Both the position numbers and the translations under genes were made by a program. A stretch of 64,000 nucleotides of DNA from Pseudomonadota bacterium. GTDB taxonomy: Bacteria > Pseudomonadota > Alphaproteobacteria > Rhizobiales > Rhizobiaceae. Below are positions 50,482-61,618 of this stretch, piece by piece (positions within the stretch are counted from its first letter, which is position 1; each line of letters begins with the position of its first letter). The notes under the pieces were generated by a model. That model saw only the letters and a list, made by a program, of their open reading frames with translations, was not told the origin of the DNA and ran no database searches. Location of the stretch: positions 135,497-199,496 of the forward strand of contig JAEXYH010000071.1 of the NCBI GenBank assembly GCA_023451735.1. Direction: 5' to 3'.

Positions 50482-50518
50482 GGCGCTGGCTGAAGCCGGT
50501 CATAGGAGGAGGGCCGAG

Positions 50519-51277
50519 ATGAACACACGTTTAAAGCAGTCCGGCTTCCTGCCGGGAAATGCTGCCAGTCAACCCAAGGCGCTGACGACCTATAATTACA
50601 TCCGCCACGCGATTATCACGATGAAGATGGAGCCGGGCGCAACGATCAGCGAGAAGGAAACCTGCACGGAGCTCGGTGTATCGCGCACCCCGATGCGCGA
50701 GGCCGTGCTGCGGCTTGCGCAAGAGGGGCTGGTTAACGTGGTGCCGAGTGGCGGCACCTTCGTCAACAGCATCTCGCTGCGGGGGGTGATCGAGGGGCAT
50801 CTCATCCGTTCCAGCCTCGAACTGCGGATGGTGCGGCTTGCTGCGCGTTCCTATGACGTTGTCCGTGATCGGGATTTTGATCTTTTGATGTTTCTGCAGA
50901 GCGATGCGGCTAAGCGTCAGGACGTTGACCAGTCCTTTGAAGTGGATAATGACTTTCACCGGCTGGTTTGCACGATGGCCGGTTTCCCGGATGTCTGGCA
51001 GACTATTCACAATGCGACCGGACAGCTTGACCGGATAAGGCGCTTCGCTATCCCGCGTTCAGGTTATTTCGACGAAGTCGAACAGGAGCATCGGGCCATT
51101 TACGAAGCGATCAAGGCCGGCGATGCCGATCGCGCCCATGATCTCTTGCGGCAGCATCTCGATGACATCACGGCAGTCGTGGAGTATGTCGTTGCGGATC
51201 AGCCGGGCCTAATCGTGCAGGAACCCGGCTTTGATCTGTCGACGCTGGACGTCATGCTGGCGCCTCCGGCTCAATAG
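50519..51277 (+). CDS. GntR-family transcriptional regulator (FCD domain)
   Basis: LGVSRTPMREA...L.QEGLV, D.DFH and EH.AI..AI..GD motifs. Confidence 0.92.
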   Translation: MNTRLKQSGFLPGNAASQPKALTTYNYIRHAIITMKMEPGATISEKETCTELGVSRTPMREAVLRLAQEGLVNVVPSGGTFVNSISLRGVIEGHLIRSSLELRMVRLAARSYDVVRDRDFDLLMFLQSDAAKRQDVDQSFEVDNDFHRLVCTMAGFPDVWQTIHNATGQLDRIRRFAIPRSGYFDEVEQEHRAIYEAIKAGDADRAHDLLRQHLDDITAVVEYVVADQPGLIVQEPGFDLSTLDVMLAPPAQ

Positions 51278-52218
51278 CCGCTTTCACGACGACCGGGATT
51301 AAGCGGTTCCTGTCCTGCCAAAACCCGGGTGGCATTATCGAAAATCTGCGCGGCGACATCCTTTGGATTGGGCATGGATGCGATATGCGGCGTGGCGAAG
51401 ATTTTGGGATGGTTCCATAACAGACTATCCTCGGGGAGAGGTTCCTTGAGGAAGACGTCGAGGACCGCACCGCGCAGATGGCCGCCGTCGATCGCAGCCA
51501 ACAGGTCGGCCTCCACCATATGCTCGCCGCGACCCATATTGATGATTGCAGCGCCCGGTGGCAGGAGGGCGAACAGGCCTGCATTCAATATGCCGCGGGT
51601 GGCATCGGTGAGAGGAAGCAGGCAGATCAGCGCATCGCAGCCGGACAAAAAATCCGGCAGTTGCCCATCGCCGCAATAAGTGGCGATTTCCGCCTCTTCC
51701 TTAGGCGAGCGCGCCCATGCGCGAACATTGTAGTTGAGGGCGCGCAGACTGCATCCGACGGTTCGTCCAATTGCGCCGAAGCCCAATATGCCGACCGTGT
51801 AATCCTGCGCCGCTATCTGTGCAAGGCGCTCCCAGCGTTTGCGTGCGGCGTTTTGCAGATGACGGTCCATTTCCCGGTGGAACAGCAGCACGGACCAGAT
51901 CGCATATTCCGCCATGCCAAGCGCATGCTGGCTGTCGACGACACGGCAGACGGGGACGGCGGGAAGGTTCGGATCGGCGAAGATGTTGTCCAGGCCCGCG
52001 GCGATGCTGTGGACCATTTTCAGGTTCGGCATCTCCGCCAGAAGCCCATGCGGCGGGTTCCACGCTACGGCGACATCGGCGGTTTCGAAGCCGGGCTCGG
52101 GGTAAATGCTCAGCCGCACATTCAGGCCTGAAGCCTCGAATGCGGTTCTCAGAAAGGTGAGGTCGAGCGTGCTGCTGACTAGCGCGACGTGAGGGATCTT
52201 TGTGTCCGTCTGGCTCAT
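51271..52218 (-). CDS. Glyoxylate/hydroxypyruvate reductase A-like 2-hydroxyacid dehydrogenase
   Basis: GILGFGAIG, LLPLT..TRG, INMGRG, LDVF..EPL and TPHIA motifs. Confidence 0.88.
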   Translation of the reverse strand: MSQTDTKIPHVALVSSTLDLTFLRTAFEASGLNVRLSIYPEPGFETADVAVAWNPPHGLLAEMPNLKMVHSIAAGLDNIFADPNLPAVPVCRVVDSQHALGMAEYAIWSVLLFHREMDRHLQNAARKRWERLAQIAAQDYTVGILGFGAIGRTVGCSLRALNYNVRAWARSPKEEAEIATYCGDGQLPDFLSGCDALICLLPLTDATRGILNAGLFALLPPGAAIINMGRGEHMVEADLLAAIDGGHLRGAVLDVFLKEPLPEDSLLWNHPKIFATPHIASMPNPKDVAAQIFDNATRVLAGQEPLNPGRRESGY

Positions 52219-52395
52219 CAATTCCATCTTTATCAAGACCTCATTGCTGCTGCTTATCTGTCTTCAAAGCATATGGCGTCGCGATTTTTCGCAATTGATT
52301 ATTTTTTAAGCGGTCAGTTTTCAAGTTCAAGTTTTATGCAAAAAATCACCTGCCTTGCTTGACAGGTGCTAAAGCCCAGAGTCAAGATGATGCAT

Positions 52396-52409
52396 CGATA
52401 TATCGGTAT
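52396..52409. promoter_or_regulatory. Putative GntR operator, copy 3
   Basis: CGATATATCGGTAT just downstream of a TTGACA hexamer (52359) in the divergent ghrA-like/dppA-like intergenic region. Confidence 0.7.
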
Positions 52410-52475
52410 ATTGTTGACCCGGTACGATCGCGAATTGACGTCTGCACGTAAACGAAAATCCATAAGGGGAACTTC

Positions 52476-54023
52476 ATGCGACGACTGATTTCTGCATCTT
52501 TAGCCCTTTTCATGACGACGACAGCGGCCTTTGCCCAGGCCGTACCGGGTGGCAAACTGAACCTCATTGTTCAGCCAGAGCCGCCAAGCATCATGATCGG
52601 CACCACCACCAACGGCCCGGCTCTGCTCGTCGGCGGCAATATCTACGAAAGCCTGCTGCGCTACGACGAGAACCTCAAACCCGAGCCGTCGCTTGCCAAG
52701 TCGTGGACGGTCTCCGATGACGGCCTGACCTATACGTTCACGCTGCAGGATGACGTGAAGTGGCATGACGGCAAGCCGATGACCTCGGCCGACGTGCTGT
52801 TTTCCGCCAACGACTATCTGATGAAGATGCAACCGCGTCATCGCAACCTGATGACCCATGTGGAAAGCGTCACGGCGCCGGACGACAAGACCGTCGTGTT
52901 CAAGCTGAAGCAGCCCTTTGAGGCCTTTATCCGCGGCTTGGCCTTCTACACGATGCCGGTCCTGCCCAAGCATATCTATGAGGGCACCGACTACGCCACC
53001 AATCCGGCCAACGACAAGCCGATCGGCACCGGCCCGTTCAAGTTCGACGAATGGAAGCGCGGCAGCTACATCCATCTTGTCAAGAACCCGGACTATTACG
53101 TGAAGGGCAAGCCCTATCTCGACGAACTGTATTACCAGGTCATTCCCGATGGCGCATCGCGTTCGGTCGCATTCGAGACCGGCAATATCGACGTGGTGCC
53201 GGGCGGCTCGGTCGAGAATTTCGACATTCCGCGGCTGAAGGATCTGCCCAATACCTGCACGACGGAAAAGGGCTGGGAATATTTCGCACCGCTCTCATGG
53301 CTGTGGCTCAACAACCGCAAGCCGCCGATGGACAATGTGAAGTTCCGTCAGGCGGTGATGTATGCGCTCGACCGCGAATTCGCCAAGGACGTCCTGTGGA
53401 ACGGTTACGGCAAGGTTGCGACCGGGCCGCTGTCGTCAAAGCTTCCCTTCTACAAAGATGTTGAGCCGAAATACGCGCATGATGTCGACAAGGCCAAGGA
53501 ACTGCTCAAGGAAATCGGCTATGACGGCAAGCCCCTGAAGCTCCTGCCGCTTCCCTATGGCGAAACCTGGCAGCGCTGGGCGGAAGCCGTGAAGCAGAAT
53601 CTCGAAGAGGTCGGCATTCCGATCGAAATCGAAGCGGCCGACGTTGCGGGTTGGAACCAGCGCACATCCAACTGGGAATACGACATCGCCTTCACCTATC
53701 TCTATCAGAATGGTGACCCGGCAATCGGCGTGGACCGGAACTACAAGACCTCGCAGATCGCCAAGGGCAATCCGTTCAACAACGTCGAGGGTTATTCCAA
53801 CCCTGAACTCGACAAGCTGTTCGATGAGGCTGCTGTCGCCTATCCAGCGTCCAAGCGTCAGGAGCTTTACGAACAGGCGCAGAAGAAGCTGCAGGAAGAT
53901 GTTCCTGTCGCCTGGTTGCTCGAACTCGGCTTCCCGACGATCTACAACTGCAAGGTTCAGGATATCGTGACGACCGCATCCGGCCTGCCGGAATCCATGC
54001 GCGACGCCTGGATCAAGAAATAA
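52476..54023 (+). CDS. ABC substrate-binding protein, family 5 (Dpp/Opp-like)
   Basis: LAKSW..SDDGLTYTF.L...VKWHDG, IGTGPF and RQAV.YALDR motifs. Confidence 0.93.
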   Translation: MRRLISASLALFMTTTAAFAQAVPGGKLNLIVQPEPPSIMIGTTTNGPALLVGGNIYESLLRYDENLKPEPSLAKSWTVSDDGLTYTFTLQDDVKWHDGKPMTSADVLFSANDYLMKMQPRHRNLMTHVESVTAPDDKTVVFKLKQPFEAFIRGLAFYTMPVLPKHIYEGTDYATNPANDKPIGTGPFKFDEWKRGSYIHLVKNPDYYVKGKPYLDELYYQVIPDGASRSVAFETGNIDVVPGGSVENFDIPRLKDLPNTCTTEKGWEYFAPLSWLWLNNRKPPMDNVKFRQAVMYALDREFAKDVLWNGYGKVATGPLSSKLPFYKDVEPKYAHDVDKAKELLKEIGYDGKPLKLLPLPYGETWQRWAEAVKQNLEEVGIPIEIEAADVAGWNQRTSNWEYDIAFTYLYQNGDPAIGVDRNYKTSQIAKGNPFNNVEGYSNPELDKLFDEAAVAYPASKRQELYEQAQKKLQEDVPVAWLLELGFPTIYNCKVQDIVTTASGLPESMRDAWIKK

Positions 54024-54089
54024 GCCGGTAGCAGGCGGAGATCCGTCTCCGCCTAGCCCATCCTGGACCTGAAAAATCTAGTCGGAGCT

Positions 54090-55067
54090 ATGCTCATGCT
54101 GAGATTCATCTCGGGGCGGCTGCTGAAGGCAGTCGTGATCCTGATCTGCATCACCGTGCTCAATTTTTTCCTCATCCATGCCGCGCCTGGCGATCCGGCG
54201 GCAGTCATGGCGGGGGAGGCAGGTGATGCCGATCCTGCCTTCCTGCAACAGCTCAGAGAGCGTTTCGGCCTCGACAAGCCACTTTATGTGCAGCTCTGGA
54301 TCTATGTCTCCTCCGTCGTCCAGTTCGATCTCGGTTATTCCTATCGCCAGCAATTGCCGGTGCTGCAACTGATCGGCGAGCGCCTGCCGGCGACACTGCT
54401 TCTTTCCCTTTCCGCCTTCGTGATCTCGCTCGGCCTTGGTGTTGCGGCCGGTGCCTTTGCCTCCGCTCGCCAGGGAAAGTGGGCCGATACGATCATCTCG
54501 CTGGTCGCCTTGATCTTCTACGCGACGCCGCTGTTCTGGCTGGCGCTGATGGGCGTGTTGCTGTTTTCCGTCCAGCTCGGCTGGCTGCCCGGCTTCGGTT
54601 ACGAAACCGTCGGCGCGAACCATACCGGTTTTGCCCGCGCGCTCGATATCTTCCTGCACCTGATCCTGCCGGCGATGACGCTCGGGCTGTTCTTCATGGC
54701 GGTCTATGCCCGCATGACCCGTGCCTCGATGCTGGAAGTCGGCCAGCTTGATTTCGTCAAGACCGCCAAGGCAAAGGGCTTGCGTCCCGGCGTCATCCAG
54801 CGCCGCCATGTGCTGCGCAATGCGCTTCTGCCGGTCGTCACCCTTGCCGGCCTGCAGGCAGGGCAGCTCGTCGGCGGCGCGGTGCTGATCGAAACGGTGT
54901 TTGCCTGGCCGGGCATCGGCCGGCTGATGTTCGATGCCCTTTCGCAGCGTGACTACAATCTGCTGCTCGGCGTCTTTGTCGTCTCGGCCGCGATGGTGCT
55001 GCTCTTCAACCTCATCACCGACGTGCTTTACCGCCTCGTCGATCCGCGCATCAAGGTGGCGTCATGA
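54090..55067 (+). CDS. DppB-like ABC permease
   Basis: PGDPA, DLGYSY, TAKAKGL...RHVLRNA and ETVFAWPGIG motifs. Confidence 0.93.
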   Translation: MLMLRFISGRLLKAVVILICITVLNFFLIHAAPGDPAAVMAGEAGDADPAFLQQLRERFGLDKPLYVQLWIYVSSVVQFDLGYSYRQQLPVLQLIGERLPATLLLSLSAFVISLGLGVAAGAFASARQGKWADTIISLVALIFYATPLFWLALMGVLLFSVQLGWLPGFGYETVGANHTGFARALDIFLHLILPAMTLGLFFMAVYARMTRASMLEVGQLDFVKTAKAKGLRPGVIQRRHVLRNALLPVVTLAGLQAGQLVGGAVLIETVFAWPGIGRLMFDALSQRDYNLLLGVFVVSAAMVLLFNLITDVLYRLVDPRIKVAS

Positions 55068-55903
55068 AGGATTTCTGGAAACGTTTTTCGCAGAACCGCG
55101 GCGCCGTCGTCGGTCTGGTCATCCTGCTTCTGGTCGTCATTCTGTCGATCGTCGCTCCATTCATCTTTACCAAGTCGCCCTGGGCGATGGTGCAGCGGCC
55201 GTTCATTCCGCCCTTCACCATGGACGCTTTCGTGCTCGGCACCGATCCGATGGGACGCGACCTTGCGGCGGGTCTCGCCCACGGCGCACGGGTTTCCCTG
55301 CTGGTCGGGCTCGTATCGACCGTCGTTTCGCTGCTGATCGGCATTCCGATCGGCGCAATTGCCGGATATTTCGGCGGCTGGGTCGACGACCTGCTGATGC
55401 GGTTCACCGAATTCTTCCAGAGCGTGCCGAGCTTCGCGTTGGCCGTGGTGCTGGTGGCGATCTTCCAGCCGAGCATCTATTCGATCGTCATCTCGATTGC
55501 CGTGGTCTCCTGGCCGCCGGTGGCGCGCTTGCTGCGCGGCGAGGTTATGTCGCTCCGGTCGCGTGAATTCGTCGAGGCCGCCGTGCTTTCCGGCCAGACG
55601 CATTCGACGATCATCTGGCGGCAGATCCTGCCGAACACGCTCTCGCCGATCATCGTCCTGGCCTCGATGATGGTGGCGGCGGCGATCCTGATCGAAAGCT
55701 CGCTGTCTTTCCTGGGGCTGGGCGACCGCAACATCATGTCCTGGGGCTATATCATCGGTGCCGGCCGCACCGTGATCCGTCAGGCCTGGTGGGTGAGCTT
55801 CTTCCCCGGCCTTGCAATCCTTCTGACCGTGCTGGCGCTCAATCTTGTCGGCGAAGGGCTGAACGACGCCCTCAACCCGCGCCTTGCGCGCAAGGGGAGG
55901 TAA
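55064..55903 (+). CDS. DppC-like ABC permease
   Basis: LGTDPMGRD, EFVEAA, LSFLGLG and NLVGEGL motifs. Confidence 0.93.
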   Translation: MKDFWKRFSQNRGAVVGLVILLLVVILSIVAPFIFTKSPWAMVQRPFIPPFTMDAFVLGTDPMGRDLAAGLAHGARVSLLVGLVSTVVSLLIGIPIGAIAGYFGGWVDDLLMRFTEFFQSVPSFALAVVLVAIFQPSIYSIVISIAVVSWPPVARLLRGEVMSLRSREFVEAAVLSGQTHSTIIWRQILPNTLSPIIVLASMMVAAAILIESSLSFLGLGDRNIMSWGYIIGAGRTVIRQAWWVSFFPGLAILLTVLALNLVGEGLNDALNPRLARKGR

Positions 55904-55905
55904 CC

Positions 55906-57609
55906 ATGGCAGGCATGATCGACACCAATGCCGTGACATCCGACGAAACCGCTGCCGCCGTCATCCATCCGGGTGCACTGAAGGAAGAGGGAAGGGGCGA
56001 ACCGGTCGTCCATATCGACAGGCTGAGCATCGCACTTCCGGACGGCGCCGATCGCCCCTATGCGGTCGACCGCGTCAGCTTCAAGCTTTTTCCCGGCGAG
56101 ATGCTCTGCGTGGTCGGCGAAAGCGGCTCGGGCAAGTCCATGTCGGCCAATGCGCTGATGGGGCTTCTTCCCGATACGGTGCGTGTGGCTCAGGGGCGTA
56201 TCCTGCTTGGCGCTACCGATCTGATCACCATGCCGGCGGAGGCGCTCTACGCCATTCGCGGTCGCCGGGTAGCGATGATCTTCCAGGAGCCGATGTCGGC
56301 GTTGAACCCGCTGATGAAAGTGTCGGCGCAGATCGAAGAAGTGTTCGAGGCGCATGGTCTTCTGACGCCAAGGGAACGGAAGGAAAAGGCGTTGTCGCTT
56401 CTGACGGAGGTCGGCTTGCCAGATCCGCCGCGAGCCGCCGATAGCTATCCGTTCCAGCTTTCCGGTGGCCAGCGTCAGCGTGTGATTATCGCCATGGCGC
56501 TGGCGCTCGAGCCGGAAGTGCTGATCGCCGACGAGCCGACAACGGCGCTCGACGTGACGACGCAGGCGCAGATCCTGAAACTCATTGCCGGGCTCCAGAA
56601 GGAGCGCAACATGGCGGTGATGTTCATCACCCACGATTTCGGCGTCGTAGCCGAGATCGCCGACTATGTGACGGTGATGCAGCTCGGCCGTATCGTCGAG
56701 CAGGGAACGGCCGAAGAGGTGCTTTTCTCGCCGCAGCACCCCTATACGAAGAAGCTGATCGCGGCGATCCCGAAGGGCAGCGATGGTGTCGCTACCGTCG
56801 AGGCTCGCGAACCGCTTCTCGCTGTCGAGAAGCTTTCAAAGATCTATCGCATGGGCGGCGGGCTGTTTTCCAAGGCGCGTGAAGTGCATGCCGTCAAGGA
56901 CGTGTCGTTCACGCTCGGTCGCGGCGAAACGCTCGGCATCGTCGGCGAAAGCGGATCGGGCAAGTCTTCGGTCGGGCGCTGCCTTGTGCGGTTGCAGGAC
57001 CCCGAAAGCGGCCGTGTTCTGCTTGGCGGACAGGACATGGCGCATCTGAGGGGCGAGGAACTGCGCGCCATGCGCCGCCGGATGCAGATGATCTTCCAGG
57101 ACCCGTACTCGTCGCTCAACCCGCGCGAAAAAGTCGGTCGCATCATCGCATCGGGGCCGATCGCCTATGGTGAGGATGAGAAAAAGGCGCTGGCACGCGC
57201 CGCCGAACTGATGGAGATGGTCGGGCTCGATCCCAAAGCGACCAACCGTTTTCCGCACGAATTTTCCGGCGGTCAGCGGCAGCGTATCGGCATTGCCCGG
57301 GCGCTTGCGCTCGAACCCGAGATCATCATCGCCGACGAGGCGGTGTCTGCACTCGACGTTTCGATCCAGGCTCAGGTTCTGGAACTGCTTGGCCAGCTGA
57401 AAAAAGACCTCAACCTCTCCCTCGTCTTCATCACCCATGACCTGCGCGTCGCCGCCAAGATCTGCGACCGCGTGATGGTGATGCAGAAGGGCGAGGTCGT
57501 CGAACTCGGTACGGGGAGCGAGATCTTCGACACGCCCCGGCACCTCTACACGAAAAGCCTGATCGAGGCCATTCCCGGTCGGGCAAAGGAAGCGCTGATG
57601 ACGGCTTGA
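55906..57609 (+). CDS. Fused DppD/DppF ABC ATP-binding protein
   Basis: Two GESGSGKS Walker A motifs and two SGGQRQR signatures. Confidence 0.93.
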   Translation: MAGMIDTNAVTSDETAAAVIHPGALKEEGRGEPVVHIDRLSIALPDGADRPYAVDRVSFKLFPGEMLCVVGESGSGKSMSANALMGLLPDTVRVAQGRILLGATDLITMPAEALYAIRGRRVAMIFQEPMSALNPLMKVSAQIEEVFEAHGLLTPRERKEKALSLLTEVGLPDPPRAADSYPFQLSGGQRQRVIIAMALALEPEVLIADEPTTALDVTTQAQILKLIAGLQKERNMAVMFITHDFGVVAEIADYVTVMQLGRIVEQGTAEEVLFSPQHPYTKKLIAAIPKGSDGVATVEAREPLLAVEKLSKIYRMGGGLFSKAREVHAVKDVSFTLGRGETLGIVGESGSGKSSVGRCLVRLQDPESGRVLLGGQDMAHLRGEELRAMRRRMQMIFQDPYSSLNPREKVGRIIASGPIAYGEDEKKALARAAELMEMVGLDPKATNRFPHEFSGGQRQRIGIARALALEPEIIIADEAVSALDVSIQAQVLELLGQLKKDLNLSLVFITHDLRVAAKICDRVMVMQKGEVVELGTGSEIFDTPRHLYTKSLIEAIPGRAKEALMTA

Positions 57610-57662
57610 GCCCGTCGGATATCAATCAATCTGGGCAACAGAGCCCGCTTATGGAGCAGCAC

Positions 57663-59015
57663 ATGACGATTATGCCGAACTCGGTCGAAGCCCGCGACAT
57701 GGCCTATCAGATGCATCCGATGGTCAATCTTCGGAAATACGAAAAAACCGGCGGCCTCGTGATCGAGAGCGGCGACGGTATCTATGTTACCGACAATACC
57801 GGCAAGCGCTATATCGAGGGCCTGGCCGGCCTGTGGTCGGTGGCGCTCGGTTTCGGCGAAAAGCGGCTGGCGGAAGTCGCCAAGGCGCAGATGGAAAAGC
57901 TGCCCTATTACCACAGCTTCTCCTACAAGACGCATGGGCCGTCGATCGATCTGGCCGAGATGTTGGTCAAGATCGCACCGGTGCCGATGTCGAAGGTGCA
58001 CTTCACCTCCTCCGGTTCCGAAGCCAACGACCTTGCCTGCAAAATGGTCTGGTACCGCTCCAACGCGCTCGGCAAGAAGGAGAAGAAGAAGATCATCGGC
58101 CGGATCAAGGGCTATCACGGTGTGACGATCGCCTCGGGCTCGATCACCGGCCTGCCGCGCAACCATGAAAGCTTCGATCTGCCGCTCGACCGTATGGTTC
58201 ATACGTCCTGCCCGTCCTATGTGCATTTCGGCCTCGAAGGCGAAAGCGAAGCCGATTTCACCAAGCGCATGCTGAAGGATCTGGAAGACCTGATCCTCAA
58301 GGAAGGCCCCGAAACGATCGCCGCCTTCTGGGGCGAGCCGGTGATGGGCGCCGGCGGCGTGCTGATGCCCTCGGACGGCTACTGGGCCGGCGTTCAGGCG
58401 ATCCTGAAGAAATACGACATCCTTCTCGCCGCCGACGAAGTCATCTGCGGCTTCGGCCGCACCGGCAAGATGTTCGCCTGCGAGACGCTCGGCATCGAGC
58501 CCGACGTGCTTGTCGTGTCGAAGCAGATCTCATCGTCCTACATGCCGCTTTCGGCGATCATCATGAACGACCATTTCTATCAGCCGATCGCCGACGAGAG
58601 CGACCGCATCGGCGTCTTCGGCCACGGCTTTACCGCCTCCGGCCATCCGGTCGCGACCGCGGTTGGTCTCGAAAACCTGAAGATCATCCAGGAGCGGGAT
58701 CTGGTCGGCAACGTCGCACGGCTGGAAGAAAAGTTCCTCGGGGGACTGGCAGAACTGGCCAAGCATCCGCTTGCGCATTCCTCGCGCGGCGTCGGCCTGC
58801 TCGGCGCGCTGGAAATCAAGCCCTGGGCGGATGCCAATGCCGGTGACGCCGCTGCAGCGATTGCGGCCGCATGCCAGGACGAGGGCCTGATCATCCGCAA
58901 TATCGGTGAGGCCATCTGCTTCTGCCCGCCGCTGATCATCACCGCCGAGCAGATCGACGACATGTTCGGCGCCGTTGCCCGCGCACTGGATACGGTCGCC
59001 GCTACGCGCGCCTAA
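57663..59015 (+). CDS. Class III (omega-type) aminotransferase
   Basis: SSGSEAN, GYHG, EPVMGAGG, DEVICGFGRTG and SKQ (PLP Lys) motifs. Confidence 0.92.
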   Translation: MTIMPNSVEARDMAYQMHPMVNLRKYEKTGGLVIESGDGIYVTDNTGKRYIEGLAGLWSVALGFGEKRLAEVAKAQMEKLPYYHSFSYKTHGPSIDLAEMLVKIAPVPMSKVHFTSSGSEANDLACKMVWYRSNALGKKEKKKIIGRIKGYHGVTIASGSITGLPRNHESFDLPLDRMVHTSCPSYVHFGLEGESEADFTKRMLKDLEDLILKEGPETIAAFWGEPVMGAGGVLMPSDGYWAGVQAILKKYDILLAADEVICGFGRTGKMFACETLGIEPDVLVVSKQISSSYMPLSAIIMNDHFYQPIADESDRIGVFGHGFTASGHPVATAVGLENLKIIQERDLVGNVARLEEKFLGGLAELAKHPLAHSSRGVGLLGALEIKPWADANAGDAAAAIAAACQDEGLIIRNIGEAICFCPPLIITAEQIDDMFGAVARALDTVAATRA

Positions 59016-59033
59016 ACATCGAGGATCGAGAAC

Positions 59034-60461
59034 ATGAACATGATGGAAAAGACCGATCTTGGCGAGATGACCGCGGCACAGCTTTCCGAGCTGTTCGCGT
59101 CGGGCAAGGCGTCCCCGGTCGAAGCCGCCAAGGCCTCGCTTGCGCGGATCGAAAAGTTCAATCCGAGCGTCAACGCCTTCGCCTATGTCGTGCCGGAACT
59201 GGCGCTCGCCGAAGCAAAGGCATCCGAAGCGCGCTGGAAGAAGGGCGAGCCGCTTTCGCCCATCGATGGTGCGCCGACGACGATCAAGGAACTGACGCCG
59301 GTCAAGGGCATTCCGTGGCGGCGCGGCTCGGCGCTGGGCGCAACGACGCCTTCCGAGAAGGAGTTCCTGATCATGGAACGCCTGCGCGGCGCGGGTGTCA
59401 CCATTCTCGGCACGACGACATCGCCGGAATTCGGCTGGAAAGGTGTGACCCACGGGCCGGCATTCGGCAACACGCTCAACCCGTGGCGCACCGATCGCGC
59501 CTCGGGCGGCTCTTCCGGCGGTGCGGCCGTAGCAGCCGCGCTCAACATGGGCGTGCTGCATGAGGGATCCGATGGTGCAGGCTCGATCCGCATCCCGGCT
59601 TCGTTCTGCGGCGCCTTCGGCATCAAGCCAACCTATGGCTGGATCCCCTCCGACACGCCGACGGCGCTGTTCGAGCTTGCCCATCGCGGCCCGCTGACGC
59701 GAACCGTCGAGGATGCGGCGCTGTTCATGAATGCCACGACCGGGCCGACGCCGAAGGCGATGTATGGCTATAGCCCGACATCGGTGCCGAACTGGCACGA
59801 AGGGATCAAGGCCGCCAGCGTCAAGGGCGTGAAGATCGGCTACAGCCGCAATCTCGGTTATGCCGAAGTGCAGCCGGATGTGGCGGCCGCCGTCGAGCTG
59901 GCGGCCAGGCGACTTTCGGATATGGGCGCGATCATCGAGGAGATCGATCCGGGCTTCTCCAATCCGCAGGATGCTCTTCTGGCGCTCTGGTATGCCGCCG
60001 AGGCCCGCACCGTTGAGATGGTCAATCCGACGGAAGAGCAGAAGAAGCTGATGGATCAGGGCCTGATCCGCATCTACGAGAAGGGCAAAACCTACTCGGC
60101 CATCGACTATGTCACGGCCGAGCAGGTGCGCGCCGATCTCAAGGTGACGATGGCGCTGTTCCACGAAAAGTATGATGCTCTGATGCTGCCGACCATGCCG
60201 ACGACGGCAATCGAGGCCGGTGTCGATTTTCCGGGTGGGATCGAGGGCAAGGACTGGTCCGACTGGTCGCCCTTCACCTATCCGTTCAACATGACCGGCC
60301 AGCCGGCCGTATCTGTTCCCTGCGGCTTCGATGCCGGCGGCTTGCCTATAGGCCTGCAGTTCGTCGGTCCGCGTTTCCGTGACGATATCGTGCTGGCATT
60401 GGCGGCGGCCTATCAGGCTGCCTATCCCGAAGACGTTCTCGGCGCGCCCAGGCTCGGCTGA
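59034..60461 (+). CDS. Amidase signature family enzyme
   Basis: GGSSGG, GSDGAGSIRIPASFCG and FNMTGQPA motifs. Confidence 0.93.
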   Translation: MNMMEKTDLGEMTAAQLSELFASGKASPVEAAKASLARIEKFNPSVNAFAYVVPELALAEAKASEARWKKGEPLSPIDGAPTTIKELTPVKGIPWRRGSALGATTPSEKEFLIMERLRGAGVTILGTTTSPEFGWKGVTHGPAFGNTLNPWRTDRASGGSSGGAAVAAALNMGVLHEGSDGAGSIRIPASFCGAFGIKPTYGWIPSDTPTALFELAHRGPLTRTVEDAALFMNATTGPTPKAMYGYSPTSVPNWHEGIKAASVKGVKIGYSRNLGYAEVQPDVAAAVELAARRLSDMGAIIEEIDPGFSNPQDALLALWYAAEARTVEMVNPTEEQKKLMDQGLIRIYEKGKTYSAIDYVTAEQVRADLKVTMALFHEKYDALMLPTMPTTAIEAGVDFPGGIEGKDWSDWSPFTYPFNMTGQPAVSVPCGFDAGGLPIGLQFVGPRFRDDIVLALAAAYQAAYPEDVLGAPRLG

Positions 60462-60532
60462 GCCGGACAGCAAAGGTGCGGGAGCCTTGTCTTCCGCACC
60501 ATACAATCAACAGCAATATCGGGATGAGACAG

Positions 60533-61600
60533 ATGGCCTCCACGGCAAGCCAAGGGGCGGCAAGCGGGCTTGGCGCAGAGCTGAAGACGGGCGCGACTGC
60601 CGTGCCCCCGGATCAGGCCGAGCGCATCGCACGGGAAAAATACGGGCTTTCCGGCAATGCCGAATGGCTTTGGGGTGAGAAGGACAGCAATTACCGGCTG
60701 ACACTCGACGACGGAAGGGAATATCTCTTCAAGGTTCTCAACCCGGCGGAAAATCCGGCGATGACAAACATGCACAGCCAGGCGCTTCTGCATGTGGAAG
60801 CGGCCGATCCCGGTATTCCGATCCAGCGGATCATCCGCACCCTGGACGGCGAGGCCGATTTCCGCATGACCGATGACGAAGGCGGCACGCGCGGCGTGCG
60901 TATGGTAACCTTCGCGCCCGGTATTTCGCAGAAATCGCAACCGCATTCACCCATCCAGCGCTACCGCGTCGGCGTGCTTCTCGGCCGCATGCAGAAGGCG
61001 CTTGAAGGATTTACCCACGAGGCCGCGGGGCATCGCATCACTTGGGACATGTCGCACGCCGCAGGGCTTCGCGAATTGCTGCCGGTGTTCGAGGACGAGG
61101 CGCAACGGGTGAGGCTGGAACGGGCGATGGCCGATTTCGAGACCCTGATTGCTCCGCGCATGGGCGAACTGCCGGCGCAGGTGATCCATAACGATTTCAA
61201 CATGGAGAACATTCTCGTCAGCGAAAACGATCCGGATGAGATCAGCGGCATCATCGATTTCGGCGATATGGTGCATGCACCCATCCTGTTCGATGTCGCC
61301 GTGGGTGCGGCCTACCAGATGGGTGATGCCGATGATCCGGTCGAGGCGATGTGCGATTTTCTCAAAGGGTATGCGACTGAAAAGTCGCTTTCCGACGAGG
61401 AGATCACACTGCTTTATCCGGCTGTCGTCACCCGAATGCTGATGCGGCTCGCGATACCCGAGTGGCGGGCAAAACTGTTTCCCGAACATCGGGCACTTTA
61501 CACCCGCAACAGTCCGACCGTCTGGGCGCAGTTTGCCCGGCTCGATGCAATTTCAAGAGATGACGCCGTAAAGCGCCTGGCAGCGGCCTGCCGCGCCTGA
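60533..61600 (+). CDS. APH-superfamily phosphotransferase, hydroxylysine-kinase-like
   Basis: GEKDSNY, WD, QVIHNDFN.ENI and GIIDFGD motifs. Confidence 0.85.
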   Translation: MASTASQGAASGLGAELKTGATAVPPDQAERIAREKYGLSGNAEWLWGEKDSNYRLTLDDGREYLFKVLNPAENPAMTNMHSQALLHVEAADPGIPIQRIIRTLDGEADFRMTDDEGGTRGVRMVTFAPGISQKSQPHSPIQRYRVGVLLGRMQKALEGFTHEAAGHRITWDMSHAAGLRELLPVFEDEAQRVRLERAMADFETLIAPRMGELPAQVIHNDFNMENILVSENDPDEISGIIDFGDMVHAPILFDVAVGAAYQMGDADDPVEAMCDFLKGYATEKSLSDEEITLLYPAVVTRMLMRLAIPEWRAKLFPEHRALYTRNSPTVWAQFARLDAISRDDAVKRLAAACRA

Positions 61601-61618
61601 CACCTGAGGGAGAGAGAC

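Noticed and set aside
58530..60506. 658-aa antisense ORF over the aminotransferase and amidase genes
   Set aside because: Antisense shadow ORF with Arg-rich composition and no domain signal.
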